From Prorocentrum cordatum (Eukaryota): a DNA stretch of 55,470 bases. This document shows positions 25,619 to 37,233 of the stretch, piece by piece. How positions within the stretch are numbered: the stretch's first letter is position 1; every line of letters begins with the position of its first letter. The translations under genes were made by a program, and so were the position numbers. Below the pieces are notes generated by a model, which did not search any database, was not told the origin of the DNA, and worked only from the letters and a program-made list of their open reading frames with translations. The stretch spans positions 62,001-117,470 of the forward strand of contig CAUYUJ010000156.1 in the NCBI GenBank assembly GCA_963575745.1. The letters are read 5' to 3'.

Positions 25619-25633
25619 CCGTATCGGCTCAGG
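25619..25633 (+). other. Second, decayed SL relic in tandem
   Basis: CCGTATCGGCTCAGG keeps both ends of CCGTAGCCATTTTGGCTCAAG (CCGTA ... GGCTCA.G) with an internal deletion. Confidence 0.6.
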
Positions 25634-25760
25634 GTGGTCTGCGCGACCCGCTCGGCCTGGCTCCCCCCGATCCGCTCCGCGGGTCTTCCTGCTCCCTCTC
25701 CCTCGGGCCGGGCGCGCCTCGGCCGTCGGCCGCCCGCCCTCGGTCCCTCTCTCTCCTGCC

Positions 25761-26697
25761 ATGGCTGAGGTCGCTCGTGTGGCAGCATCCGTGAATGGCC
25801 AGCCTGCACTGCCTGGACCGTCTCCCCCTCTTGCCACCGCGGGGGCAGTGGGGATGGGAGCGCCGCCGCCCGCGCCCGTGCCCGAGGTGCAGTCGGAGGT
25901 GGCCGTGCAGCTCAACGCCTTGACGATGTTAGTGAAAGATGGTTTTACCTCGCACAAAGCAGAGTTTGAGTTGTTTCGCCAGCAGATGACAGTGATGGGG
26001 ACCAACTTCGATCGAATGCAGGAGGAGTTCGCGGAGATGAATCGTCGCTCGGAGGCTCGCTGGGCAGAGATAAAGAAATCCCAGGATGCAGCGATCCACC
26101 AGGTCTCGGTTGACACAGATGCGAAGTTGGCGGCAGTAGTGGCAAATATCGACGTTCAGATGCAAGAGTTACAGCAGAAGCTCTCAGCAGGTTCGTCGAC
26201 TCGTGCCGATTCGGAGTTCGAGCTCGTAGGAGGTGATGGGGAAGGAGGGCGTCGGACGAGGTCGAGGACGTCGGGCCCCGACCAAGCCAGTGCTACTCGT
26301 CTCATTGTGCTAGGTTTCGAGAAGCCCCTGCTGGAAGCGTCTCTCAAGGAAGCGGTGGCCCCAATTGTCGCTGCGTGTAGTCCAGCTGTGGGAGCTCCGC
26401 GCGCGTCGTGATTTGCCCCCCGCCAGCCGTAAGTTGTTCTACTACCTGGGACAGACTCGTGCGATCATCGGGAAGGTCTTGGGGGAGAAAGGGTTCCAGG
26501 TGGGCAGCAACGGTCTCGGCGGTCAGATATACGGTCTCATTACGACTACCCACCCAGTGATTCTTGCGAAGGTCACGGTCCTTGAGTGCGGTCGCCCCGA
26601 ACTCGTTCTGATCCATGAGGCCCTCGGAACGTTCGGAGTAGGTGAGCACGCTGCATGCATTGCCACCCTTTTTGATCAGATTCGGCCCTTTGTGTGA
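25761..26697 (+). pseudogene. LINE ORF1 (coiled coil plus RRM-like start), frameshifted or internally deleted at about 26390
   Basis: ATG at 25761 (GCCATGG; MAEVARV...). Heptad-rich 'LNALTMLVKDGF...MQELQQKL' is followed by 'RLIVLGF'. The frame then switches to 26365-26697 ('LRARRDLPP...FDQIRPFV*'). It lies directly upstream of the APE domain. Confidence 0.7.
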
Positions 26698-26949
26698 GGG
26701 CCCCAGTTGTCCTGGAGCACCCCGCCTCGGGATTCCTAGTGCGCTGCCTGGTCTTTTTTGCCGGGCCCCTGGTGGTTTTGGCCCTCCCTGGGATGGTGGG
26801 CCTGTCGGGGGAAACCATCGGACCCGTGTGCCGACCAGCCAGGACAGTGCTCAGCCAGCCAACCAGTGTTTTAATCTGAATTCAGGAGGACCGTTTACCC
26901 CTGGTGACCCGTCCTCTGGAGCGAACGGGGTGTTTGCTCCTTCTTCTGC

Positions 26950-28020
26950 GCTTACCTTGTGCTCTTGGAATACACGTGCTCTCTTCTCATCGTACTCTAC
27001 TTCGTCTCCACTGGCAGCTCGGCGTTATAAGCAGATGCATGGTCTTGTTGGCAGGTTTGACGCTGTGTGTTTACAGGAGACTCATGGCACGGTGTCTGAT
27101 GTGGAGATGTTACAGCGTGGTGAACGTTGTCGTAGTGCAATTGTTCACCATTCGATGATCGATCCGAGAGCTGGGGGCGGTGTGGTCACTGTCATATCGA
27201 GGAAGCTGGCTTCGCAGTTCGAATCGATCACCCCGTTTCCGTTGATTGCTGGCCGTGCTCTCGCCTCGCACCTGAAGGGACGTTGTGGGGACCTAGTGAT
27301 TGTCAATGTGCACATGCCGAATACTTCTGATCCAGTTGCGATGTATCGCAGGTACCTGTGTGTGATTCAGGCTTTCCTTCCATTGGCTGCGCACACCATG
27401 TGCTTGATTGCTGGGGATTGGAACTTTATGGAGGTGGGGGAGGGACGGTTTCGGACTGACGGCACGTGGTTAGCAGGGGATAGGGAACACACTGATGCCG
27501 TTCAGTCTATCTGTGGGTCTTGGGCTGAGCTTTCCCAACCAGATCCGACAGGGCGTGACGTGTTCCAGGGAGAAGTCCGTGGGGTTGCCCGTCTGGACCG
27601 CATCTACACCTCTCTCTCGGCCCCTGTCTTGAATGATTTGGCGGTGACGGTAAATGCCCTGGGGCATGCCGTGAAGACCTTCGCCTCGTCTGACCACGTC
27701 CCTGTTGTGGCCACTGTCGCTCTGGGAATGCCATCAGCATTACCCACCCATATTCCTAAGTGGATTTCCCGACATGGAGCTCACCATGAGTTATGTACCA
27801 GCACTACTATGGAAATCGACCAGGATTTGACCCCCCGGGAGAAACTGGCTCGGGTGAAGGAGATGCTCTGGCAGATGGCCCCTCTGTCCAAGGCACGGCT
27901 TCGGTCGAAGCCCCCGAAAGAGAATTGTGAGACGCTCCACTTTGCTATGATGGCCTTCCGTGGGTGGCGCATGGGCAGGTTCGACCAGTGTGTGCGTGCG
28001 ATACGCGCGCATCCTCGGTT
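26950..28020 (+). pseudogene. LINE ORF2 N-terminal part: apurinic-like (APE/EEP) endonuclease
   Basis: All EEP motifs in order: LCSWNTRAL, VCLQETHG, GGGV, GRAL, IVNVHMPN, IAGDWNF, RLDRIY, SDHVPV. Confidence 0.93.
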
Positions 28021-30552
28021 TTTCAGTACTTTGATCCAGACCGCGAGAGATGCCTGGATATAGTCGGCTTGGGTGCATTGGTGCAGTCTCTGAAGGATGC
28101 TTGGTATGAGTCGGAGGAACGGGCGATGGACGGGTGGGAGGATGACGAGAAGTCTAAGGCTAAGGCCATGGCACGCTTGCAACACCTTCGTCGTGCTTGG
28201 TCAAAGATGCGACGGCGATGCGGGCTCTCTGGGGTCCTGGACAGTTCTGGGCAGGTGTGCCCTTCTCCGGCGTCCCCTGCTGAGGCCCTTCGGGACCATT
28301 GGCAGGAGGTTTTTGCCGCCAAGGAACCTGATCGGACCCTTTGGCCTGAAATCCTCGCTCATGCCCAGCTGATCCAGTTGGACCCATTACATTGGAAGTT
28401 GGAAGTTGATGGTTTTATTGAGCGGGCCCGATTAAAGCATCACTCTGCCCCTGGGGAGGATGGCATTCCATATGGATGCTGGAAAGCTGAGGGGGCCGCT
28501 GATGTTTTATTTGCTGTTTATGATGAGATGTACCAAGCGTCGGGGGGTACTGTTTCGGCGTGCATGCGTCGAGGAAGGATGTGGTTCCTGCCCAACGACT
28601 TCAAAGACGACGAAAACCCCGCTGTCCTTGTTCGGTCGCCTGGTAAGACTCGCCCTCTCACGCTTGCGAATACCGATGCGAAGCTCCTGAGTGACGCCTT
28701 CTCCATTGGCCTCCAGCGGGCTGCACCGACAGTGATCGATCCGATCCAGCGGGGGTGGGGGGTCCCGCGTCGTGGGCCCCTTGGCAACGTGGTTGAGATT
28801 GAATGGTGGGGTCTTCGTCAGGCGCTTGCTGGCGGGGATCGCTCGGGCATTCTTTTAACGGGCTTTAAGGCTGCGTTCCCCTCTCTGATCGTCTCCTGGA
28901 TCTTGGCGGTCTTGGAGGCCATGGGTGTTCCTGGTGAAGTTTGTGGTTTCTATCGCGAGTTGTACCGTGACAATGTGGCTGTAATCCACTTCCCTGGGAT
29001 TACGTTTTTTTTTTTTTCGGTGGAGCGTGGGGTGCGGCAAAGTGATCCTGCTCCGATGCTCCTCTTCGCTCATGCGTTAGACCCAGTATTGCGTTGGATG
29101 AGGGCCAAGCTCACTGACCATGTCCCTCGGATTAGAGCATGCGCTGATGATCTCTCCTTCTGCCTTCCCAACATCCTGACTGACCTCCAGCCGACGCTCT
29201 CGCTCCTTCGTAAGTTGGAACAAGTTGTGCGACTTGGGCTGAACATTCCCAAATGTAAGGTACTGGTGATTGGCTCGCTTGATCCTGATAGATTAGTTGC
29301 CCACCTTCGATCCAAGGGGAGTGAGTACTACCGCATTGGGTTTGTTCGCGTGGTTCTATACTTGGGATTCTGGCTTGGGCCTGGGGCTCTGGACAAAGTA
29401 TGGAGCAACACCATCCCCAAGTTCTGGATGACGGTTCGGAGGCTTCGTGGGTTTGGGCTTGGGCTTCCACAGACCATTCGCCCTTTCCACTCGCACTGCA
29501 TGTCGATTCTGGCGTGCCAGTTACAGCTCTGTCCAGTGACCAAGGCTCTTCGGAAAGCGTATAATGAGGCCTTACAGGTGATTACTGCTGGTCCCCGCCA
29601 TGCCTTCTCGAGGGAGATGCTGACGGGCATGCGAGCGTTGGGGGCCTCTTTACAATGCTTGGCTATCGATTGTTTTTCTAAAGCTATCAAGTTTCGGGTG
29701 ATGATGTCTTGCTCCAGCATTGATGCTATCCAGTGTGAGATGGAGTCATTGACGGTTTCCCTGGATTGCGATAACTTCATTCCCGCTCGACTGTTATGGC
29801 CCTGGTGGAAGTCTTCCTGGATCAGGACTACGGTGACTGAAGTAGGCAACTTCACGGTCCCGTCTCTGGAACCCATCCCCAAGAAACCCCTTCAGAAGAA
29901 AGCCATGCGCAAGCTCGGAGGGCTCCGTGACCCCACTGTTCCCCTTCGCACCATGGTTCAGAGGGTGTCCAGGTGGGTGGGTCCCGACCGTTTTACAGTA
30001 GCTGACTTTCAGGTGTTTGCCCAGAGGATGCGTAAAGTTGAGAAGGACAGCACGATGCACCTCGTCACGGGGGTCCTTAGAGTGCTCTGCCGTGGGGTCT
30101 GTACCTCCAGTCGGCTGCATACCACGGTGGAGGGATGTGCGTTTGGGTGTCCTCTGGAAGCGGCTGACGACGACCTGAGGCATTATCGCGTGTGCCCCAA
30201 GTTGAAGGCAGGGTTGATTGACATATTCCCCCGTGGAGGACTCTTGAGGTCTTGGACCGCGGCTCAAACGGGTGAGGATTGGCTCCTCACTCTTTGTTGT
30301 TTGGGGCCACAGTGGGGGCGGTCGCGTGACCTAGTGGGGCGTGCCCTTATTGATTGCTTTCTGGCCGCGCATAATGCTCGCAGGACTGGCTCGGTCCAGC
30401 CGGGTGAGTTTCTTATCAAAGCAAGGCTTCGTCAGTTGTCTCGTCGGCACCCCAAGCTTAATGAGGCGCTACGGGCGCTGCGTCTGGCTGCTGCTGCTGC
30501 CGCCCCTCCCCATGCTCCTCCTGCTCCTCCTGCTGCGCCCCTCCTCTCCTGA
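28020..30552 (+). pseudogene. LINE ORF2 C-terminal part: reverse transcriptase and CCHC knuckle (joined to APE by a frameshift at the T-run near 28019-28023)
   Basis: Motifs SAPGEDGIPY, RPLTLANTDAKLL, QRGW, LLTGFKAAFPSL (catalytic D replaced by G), GVRQSDPAPMLLF, ACADDL, GLNIPKC, YLGFWLG, and CAFGC..DDLRHYRVC. Confidence 0.93.
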
Positions 30553-31687
30553 GTTGCCGTGTCCCCCTTTTTGGTCCCCCCTTTTCCCTGTGGCCCCCCT
30601 AGGTATTGGTCCTTGCATGATGCTGTCAGAGTTTGATGTGACCCTGGTGGGTCTCTCTGGTTGGCTGGCTGGTTTCCCGAGGTTGTTTCCAGATGTTGTG
30701 CTTTCTCAGCGCTCTGTTACGTTTCTTGGTTAATTCAGGGCCCCGTGTTGTCGCCAGGGTTGTGGGCGCTGCTCAGTGCTCATTGTGACCCTCTCCGCCT
30801 GCATGTGAAGATGGTGAGGTGCAGCTAGAGAGAGTGCCTCTCTCGCCGCGCCGCCGCCCCCCTGCCTTTAGAGGGTGCCTCTCTTGCCGCGCCGCCGCCC
30901 CCCCGCCTCTCTCTGCCGCCCGCCCCGCGGCCGCCCCGCCTCTCTTGCCTGCCCCGCCTCTCTTGCTGTCCCTGAGCTACAGGTTCTCGGACGGGCGGAA
31001 CGGTCTGGTTCGCTCGAGCGTCGATGGAGCGTCGCTCCTGTAGGGTAGGCAGGCCTTCCCGCGACGCCAAGCCGTGGCGCCTCCAGACACCCGTTGCGTC
31101 TGGCGCGGAGGAGGCCACCCCCCTCTGCCGCGCCCCGCCGTCGCCCTCAGGTTCCCGACGAAGTTCGAGGCACCCCCGCAGCCGCTCCGCGCGAGAGAGC
31201 GGCCCCCTCTCGCCCTCAGGTCCCCGACGAAGTTCGAGGCACTTTGGAGGCAAGCTGTCTTGTTTCCCTTGTTCGGTGTGTTGGAGTCTCGTGTTTGGGG
31301 CGCGCCCCTTTTGTCTGCTTCTGCTTGCTGCGCTGTGGGTTGGGCCCTCGGTCAGCCGAGGAGTGAGTGCGGCATGGGAAGGATGCTCGGGTGTGCGACC
31401 CCCTTTTGGACGGCGTGCCGTGGGGGGGCGCGCGCCCGCCAGGGATCCAGTACACTCGGAGCAGAGTGCCCGCCGCCGCTTCTCTTTGCCCTGCCCCTGC
31501 CGCTGCTCCCCCCCCGTCCTTTGCATGTTAGATAGCACGGTGCCCAGTGCTCGAGGACATTCGGTGCGCGCGCTTGCGGTGCAAAAAAATACCCTGTGAC
31601 GTACCCAGCTCATTTGTATCAGTGGAAACGATGAGTTGGCCGAAACTTGCATGGACAATCGACTTGATGTGTAAGCTACTTGGGAGG

Positions 31688-33010
31688 CGTCACTGTGCTG
31701 GGCCCCGCAAGCAGGCCTCGAAAGTGGCGACAGTTTCACAGATCGCACCCCCCCCAGGGATGGCGAGGTCTAATTTGAATCTGCGTGTGGCGTCACTGTG
31801 CTGCCCCCCCCCAGCAGGCCGCGAAAGTGGCGACAGTTTCACAGATCGCAGCCCCCAGGGATGGCGAGGTCTAACTTGAATCCGCCGTGGGTACCCACTG
31901 TGCTGGGCCCCCCGGCAGGCCTCGAAAGTGGCGACAGTTTCGCAGGTCGCAGCCCCCCAGGGATGGCGAGGTCCCATTTGAGTCCGCCGCGGGTGCAGAC
32001 TGTGCTGGGCCCCCCAGCAGGCCTCGAATGTGGCGACAGTTTCACAGATCGCAGCCCCCCAGGGATGGCGAGGCCCCATTTGAATCCGCACTGGGTACCC
32101 ACTGTGCTGGGCCCCCCAGCAGCCCTCGAAAGTGGCGAGAGTTTCGCAGGTCGCAGCCCCCCACGGATGGCGAGGTCCAATTTGAGTCCGCCGTGGGTGC
32201 AGACTGTGCTGGGATGGCGAGGTCTCATTTGAGTCCGCCGTGGGTACCCACTGTGCTGGGCCCCCCAGCAGCCTTCGAATGTGGCGACAGTTTCGCAGAT
32301 CGCCGCCCCCCAAAGATGGCGAGGCCCCATTTTAGTCCGCCGCGGGTGCACACTGCGCTGGCCCCCCCAACAGGCCTCGAAAGTGGCGACAGTTTCACAG
32401 ACCGCAGCCCCCCAGGGATGGCGAGGTTCCATTTGAGTCCGCCGCGGGTGCAGACTGTGATGGGCCCCACAGCAGCCCTCGAAAGTGGCGACAGTTTCAC
32501 AGATCGTAGCCCCCCCAGCGCTGGCGAGGTATAATCTGAGTCCCCGTAGGACGTCACTCCGCTGCCCCCCCAGCAGCCTTCGAAAGTGGCGACAGTTTCA
32601 CAGATCGCAGCCCCCCAGGGATGGCGAGGTCTAATCTGAATCCCCGTAGGGCGTCACTCCGCTGGGCCCCCCACGCAGCCTTCGAAAGTGGCGACAGTTT
32701 CACAGATCGCAGCCCCCCAGGGATGGCGAGGTCTAATCTGAATCCCCGTAGGGCGTCACTCCGCTGGGCCCCCCAGCAGCCCTCGAAAGTGGCGACAGTT
32801 TCACAGATCGCAGCCCCCCAGGAATGGCGAGGTCTAATCTGAATCCCCGTAGGGCGTCACTCCGCTGGGCCCCCCAGCAGCCCTCGAAAGTGGCGACAGT
32901 TTCACAGATCGCAGCCCCCCCAGGGATGGCGAGGTCTAATATGAGTCCCCGTAAAACGCCACTCCGCTAGGCACCACAGCAGCCCTCGAAAGTGGCGACA
33001 GTTTCACAGA
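31688..33010 (+). repeat. Tandem satellite, ~101-bp unit, about 13 copies
   Basis: Core CTCGAAAGTGGCGACAGTTTCACAGATCGCAGCCCCCCAGGGATGGCGAGGTCTAAT; the CGAAAG motif recurs at 32581, 32683, 32784 and 32885. Confidence 0.95.
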
Positions 33011-33959
33011 GGCGCGAACGTTGAAATTGTGGGGCCCTGGGGCGCCGCCACGTCGCGGGAAAGAACTCGCGTTTGATTTCGAGGGGGAGATGTAGGACAC
33101 CATTTAACATAAACAGCAAAAAACTGGCACGCGATCCATCCTGCGGGGGGGTTGGGCACCATGTCCGCGCTTCACACTGAGCAGCTGCACGGCAATGTCC
33201 AGAGTACAGGCCGCAGTTAGAAGCCATAGCGACTATCATTGGCATTGCTGGTCGATCAGGTGCGTTCTCAGCAGTAGTAGGAGAAGCGGCATCAGCGTGG
33301 CCGGCAGCAACCTCCCCGCCGCTGACGCGCTGAGACAGAAGCCCTACGCCGCCGCATTCACGCAGTCACCAGCAGAGTCCGAAGCACCATGAGAAACGGA
33401 ACAACGGCTGCGCCCCCCCCCCAATCAGCGAGTCTAGCGGCGGCTACCTCTCCGAACCTTTGCTACGGTGCGGTAGCTGTGGCCGCGCCAACGAGCACTT
33501 GGAGCGTCTGCGTGGGTATGGCCAGGAAGACGAGGACCACCAGGAAACGGCTGCCGTTGCACCCGATCGTTCGCAGCGAAGGGATAAACGGGGCCCCGTC
33601 GGCAAAGCTGGTGGCGGTACTCCTCCCGCACCTCTGCAGCGTGAGCGCTGTCGTCGCCGAAACCAAACCTTGGCCGCCTGCAAGGCGGGACGCGATCAAC
33701 CGACAGCATGAAGGCCATCACGCTCATGATGCTTGAGGTCCGCAAGGCCATGCACATGAAGAATATAATACAAGTAATCGCAAGGATGAGCAGGAGCATT
33801 GCGGTGAACGTCGACCTGCGAACATGGAGAGTCACTGCGACTAAACGGAATCATTCCCGGCAGCTAGGAAGTGAGTGGCCTGGCGCGCTTCCCCCTCCAA
33901 CCCAATGATTACCCTTCCAGGGGGGGACCACTGCTTTTTATTAACACTTGCACAATATG

Positions 33960-34790
33960 AATATTTCTCTCCTCTCCCCAGATGACGTCCGAAGATATCG
34001 GGCCCCCCTCCGCGTATTGTTTTTTACATTCAGGATTCCCGGGAAATGGGTTTTCGCTTGGGCTTGTTGTTCAACATCTTGCTCCTGCTGAAGCGCTGGC
34101 CCCATTTTCGCGCCTCTGATTGTTCCAATCGCGCTCCTGCTGCAGCGCGGGCGTGTCCGGTCCTTCCAAAAAAGGCGCCACAATCCAATAAATGCCCCCC
34201 CGAAAAAACCATCGGAAGTGATTACACATTCGGTGTCGATTTGTTGATTTTTGGGCCGAAGAAGCCCCCGCCCACTTTGGGGCGTCATCGTTTTCAGGAA
34301 GTATCAAGCGGGAGCCCAATTTTTGCTTTGAGAAGGCGACGTTGAAAGCAGACCCAGCGGGTGCTCTCCATCAGCCCCGCCTTGTGTGGAGCTTGTTGGG
34401 GGGCCGGCGAGCTAGACATAGAGCCACGACTCCAGACCGGCCCAGACCTCTCGAAGACGATCCCCTTACCCTCCAAGGAACCCGGCGCCATGCCATGACA
34501 TACTGTGCAGAGTTGTGTTATGCGCCGGTGTGCGCGCAAAGCAGTGCAAAGCAACGCTAAGTGATGCCATGCAGCGCCGAGCAATGCCGAGCAATGTCAA
34601 GCGATGCAAAGCAACGCCCAGCAACGCCAAACAATTCAAAGCAATGCCAAGCAGTGGCACGCAATGCCAAGCATTGTCAAGCAACGCCAAGCAACACCAA
34701 GCAACGCACAGCAATGCCAAGCAATGCGATACAATGCAAAGCAAAGCAATGCAGTGCCCAGCAATTCTAAGCAGCGCCGCTGAGGCAGCG
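33960..34790 (+). repeat. Dispersed ~0.8-kb repeat family (other copies about 39130-39500, 39565-40375, 40810-41240)
   Basis: Shared blocks 'GATGACGTC..GAAGATATC..CATTCAGGATTCCCGGGAAATGGG' and 'CCATCGGAAGTGATT(A/C)CACATTCGG..TTTGGGGCGTC'. Three copies end in 'GTCAGATATGACGCGAGC.CACCTAGCTTG' followed by CCT-rich tracts. Confidence 0.85.
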
Positions 34791-35072
34791 TTCCCAGCGC
34801 CGTGTTCATTTTGTTTGTCTGGATGGCCACGATCCTTGTTACTTATCCTGGTGAAGGGCCCAACCATACGGTGGGGGCGTTCTTTCATGAATGTGCCCCG
34901 GAGGCTTTAGACCCTGGAGGGTTCTTTATCTGATGAGATGGCGGCGATGATATCCATGGCCGAGCCACGATTCGAGTTCCACCAACTTCCAGACCTTGGG
35001 TTCCTTATCAAAGGGTTACTTGTTCAATGCCCCCACCGTATGCACTTGTGAGTACTATGTTGTGGCACCGCT

Positions 35073-35545
35073 TTCGGTGGAGCTCCCTATGGGGCGACGA
35101 ACCGTGTGAGGGGTTCGCCAAAATGGGGCGGCACCGCCATGCGAACCCCGCCATTCGGTGAGCTATGGGGCCACGAACCGAGTGAAGTTTGCGCCGAAAG
35201 GGGCGGCGTCGCCATGTTGACCCTGCTGTTGGGGCCTTCGGTGGAGCTCCTTATGGGGCTACGAACCGTTTGAGGGGTATGCCAAAATGGGGCGGCGCCG
35301 CCATGTGGACGCTGCCATTGGGGCCCCTCGGTGGAGCTCCCTATGTAGCCACGAACCGTGTGAGGGGTGCGCCACAATGCGGCGGCCCCGCTGTGTGGAC
35401 CCTACTACTGGAGCCTTCGATGGAGATCTCTATGGAGCTACGAGCCGTGTGAGGGGTGCGCCAAAATGGGGCGGCGCGGCCACGTGGATTTTGCCGCTCG
35501 GGCCTTCGTGGAGCTTTCCATGGGGCCACACAACCAAGCGAGGGG
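35073..35545. repeat. Tandem repeat, ~81-90-bp unit, about 5-6 copies
   Basis: TCGGTGGAGCTCCCTATGGGGCCACGAACCGTGTGAGGGGTGCGCCAAAATGGGGCGGC-like units recur. Confidence 0.88.
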
Positions 35546-37233
35546 TGTGCCGACATGGTTGACTGGTGCGGAGGGCAGGGGCAGGACTGGGAGAAGGAAG
35601 AAAGGAAAGAGGAGGGGGAGGAGGAGGAGAAGGAGGAGGAGGAGGAGGAGCAGGAGGAGGAGGAGGAGGAGGAGGAGGAGGAGGAGGAGCGCGGGGCGCT
35701 GTCTCTTCAAAGCGAGGACACACCACCAGAGGATGGTCAGGAAAAACACGTTTCAATGTGCACATGGCAGTCTCGACCTCCTACTCCTCGACCAGCCTCG
35801 TCACCGTTGCTGCTACTAGGGTGTCCTGCTGGGTTATTTCTGTCGTGGGTGCATTGAGTTTGGGTGTCCCCCCCACGCCTGCAGCTGGAAACGGTTGCTG
35901 AGAATATGGTTCCGCCTGTTCTGGCACACAACGCTTCGGCGCGATATTTTAACCGCGTCCCCGTGCCCAAGCGTCAACGCCCCGAGCTCGTCCCAACCCC
36001 TGCTACGTGGAGCGGGGCGACACGCTATCCGCTTTCAATGCATAGCGTGTCGCCGAGGCCGCCGCCGCAACCTGCTAAGCAAAGGCTCCTGACCGCAATC
36101 CAGTGTGAGGTTAACACGTCCATCGTGATGTTGTTCGCGACGCCTGGAGGTCCTCCTGTTCAGCATTCATTCTGCCTGTACGGCTCAGCATTTGGCAGTG
36201 TTGTGCGTGGCCCCGTCGCCAGCCTTATGGGCCACGCCTGCACTAGGGGCCCTATCTTCCCTTCCTTCTTTTTTTCTTTCTTCTTCTTCTCCTCCTCCTC
36301 CTCCTCCGCCTCCTCCTCCCCCTCCTCCTCCCTCCCCTCTTTCGGCACAAACACCTCATGTAACACAGGCTCCTCCTCCTCCTCCTCGGGCCTCCTCCGA
36401 CCGCGGGGGGTGGGGAGGAGACTGGAGGACAAGGGGGGGCCAGGGAGAGTAGCAGGGAGGGCTTATCAGTGGGCAGGGCTGATTGCAGCCGCCGAAGGTG
36501 CCACAATTATTTGTGCACGCGCGAGAGAGGGAGAGAGAGAGAGAGAGAGAGAGACACAAGGAGAGAAAGAGAGAGAGAGAGAGACAGAGAGAAAGAGAGA
36601 GAGAGAGAGCAACAGAGAGAAAGAGAGAGAGAGAGAACACAACAAGAAGCGCAGCTGTACAAAGAGGAGCCTGGTGGTTGAGGAGGGGAGTCTCCGAGCA
36701 GGAGCGAGGGAGCCCCCCCCTCCAAGGAGCCCGCTCCCTCCAGCGTGGCGCGCGTCGCCCCCCAGCGCACGCGCCCCGGCGCCGCGCGCGGCCGCGTGGC
36801 GGGGACCTCTCCTGGTGCGGGCGTGGCCTCTCGGCGGTGCTCCTCGTGCCACGGGCGGCTGGGTTTGCGTGCATGGCAGTCTCCCTCCTCCCTCCGCCTG
36901 CTCCTCCTTCTCCTCCGTCCTCCTCCGTCCTCCTCGTCCTCCCTCCTCCCTCTTCCGTCCTCGTCCTCCCTCCTCCCTCCTCCCTCCTCCCTCCTCCCTC
37001 CCTCCTCCCTCCTCTCCCCTCCCGCCTCCCCCCTCCTCCTCCTCCTCCTCCTCCTCCTCCTCCTCCTCCTCCTCCTCCTCCTCCTCCTCCTCCTCTTTCC
37101 TCTTCCTCCATTCCTTCTCCTTATAGATACCTCCTCCCTGTCGCACCCCGAGACCAGTTTGTTGGGCGGGCCGGTCGTTTCGCTTGAGACTTCTTCACGA
37201 TTTACGATTATGAATCTCCAGAAGTTTCAACAA

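Larger units (their letters stand above)
25597..30800 (+). mobile_element. Near full-length L1/Tx1-like LINE (SL - 5'UTR - ORF1 - ORF2 APE/RT/CCHC - 3'UTR), mutated
   Basis: See the component features. The 3' boundary is approximate: a T/G-rich 3'UTR follows the stop at 30552, and no clear poly(A) tail or TSD was seen. Confidence 0.9.

Noticed and set aside
25597..25660. SL RNA gene
   Set aside because: No GT donor or SL intron after the 22-mer; it runs into a LINE 5'UTR.
25761..30552. Active autonomous LINE
   Set aside because: Frameshifts at about 26390 and 28020, D-to-G at the first RT catalytic Asp, and a degenerate QGDP motif (QSDPAP). Homopolymer indels could be sequencing errors, but the substitutions argue for inactivity.
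31688..33010. CRISPR-like repeat-spacer array
   Set aside because: The linkers are homologous to each other, not unique spacers; eukaryotic context.
35117..35131. GCCAAAATGG in the ~87-bp tandem unit matching antisense DinoSL
   Set aside because: Only 10 nt match and the CTTGA end is missing.
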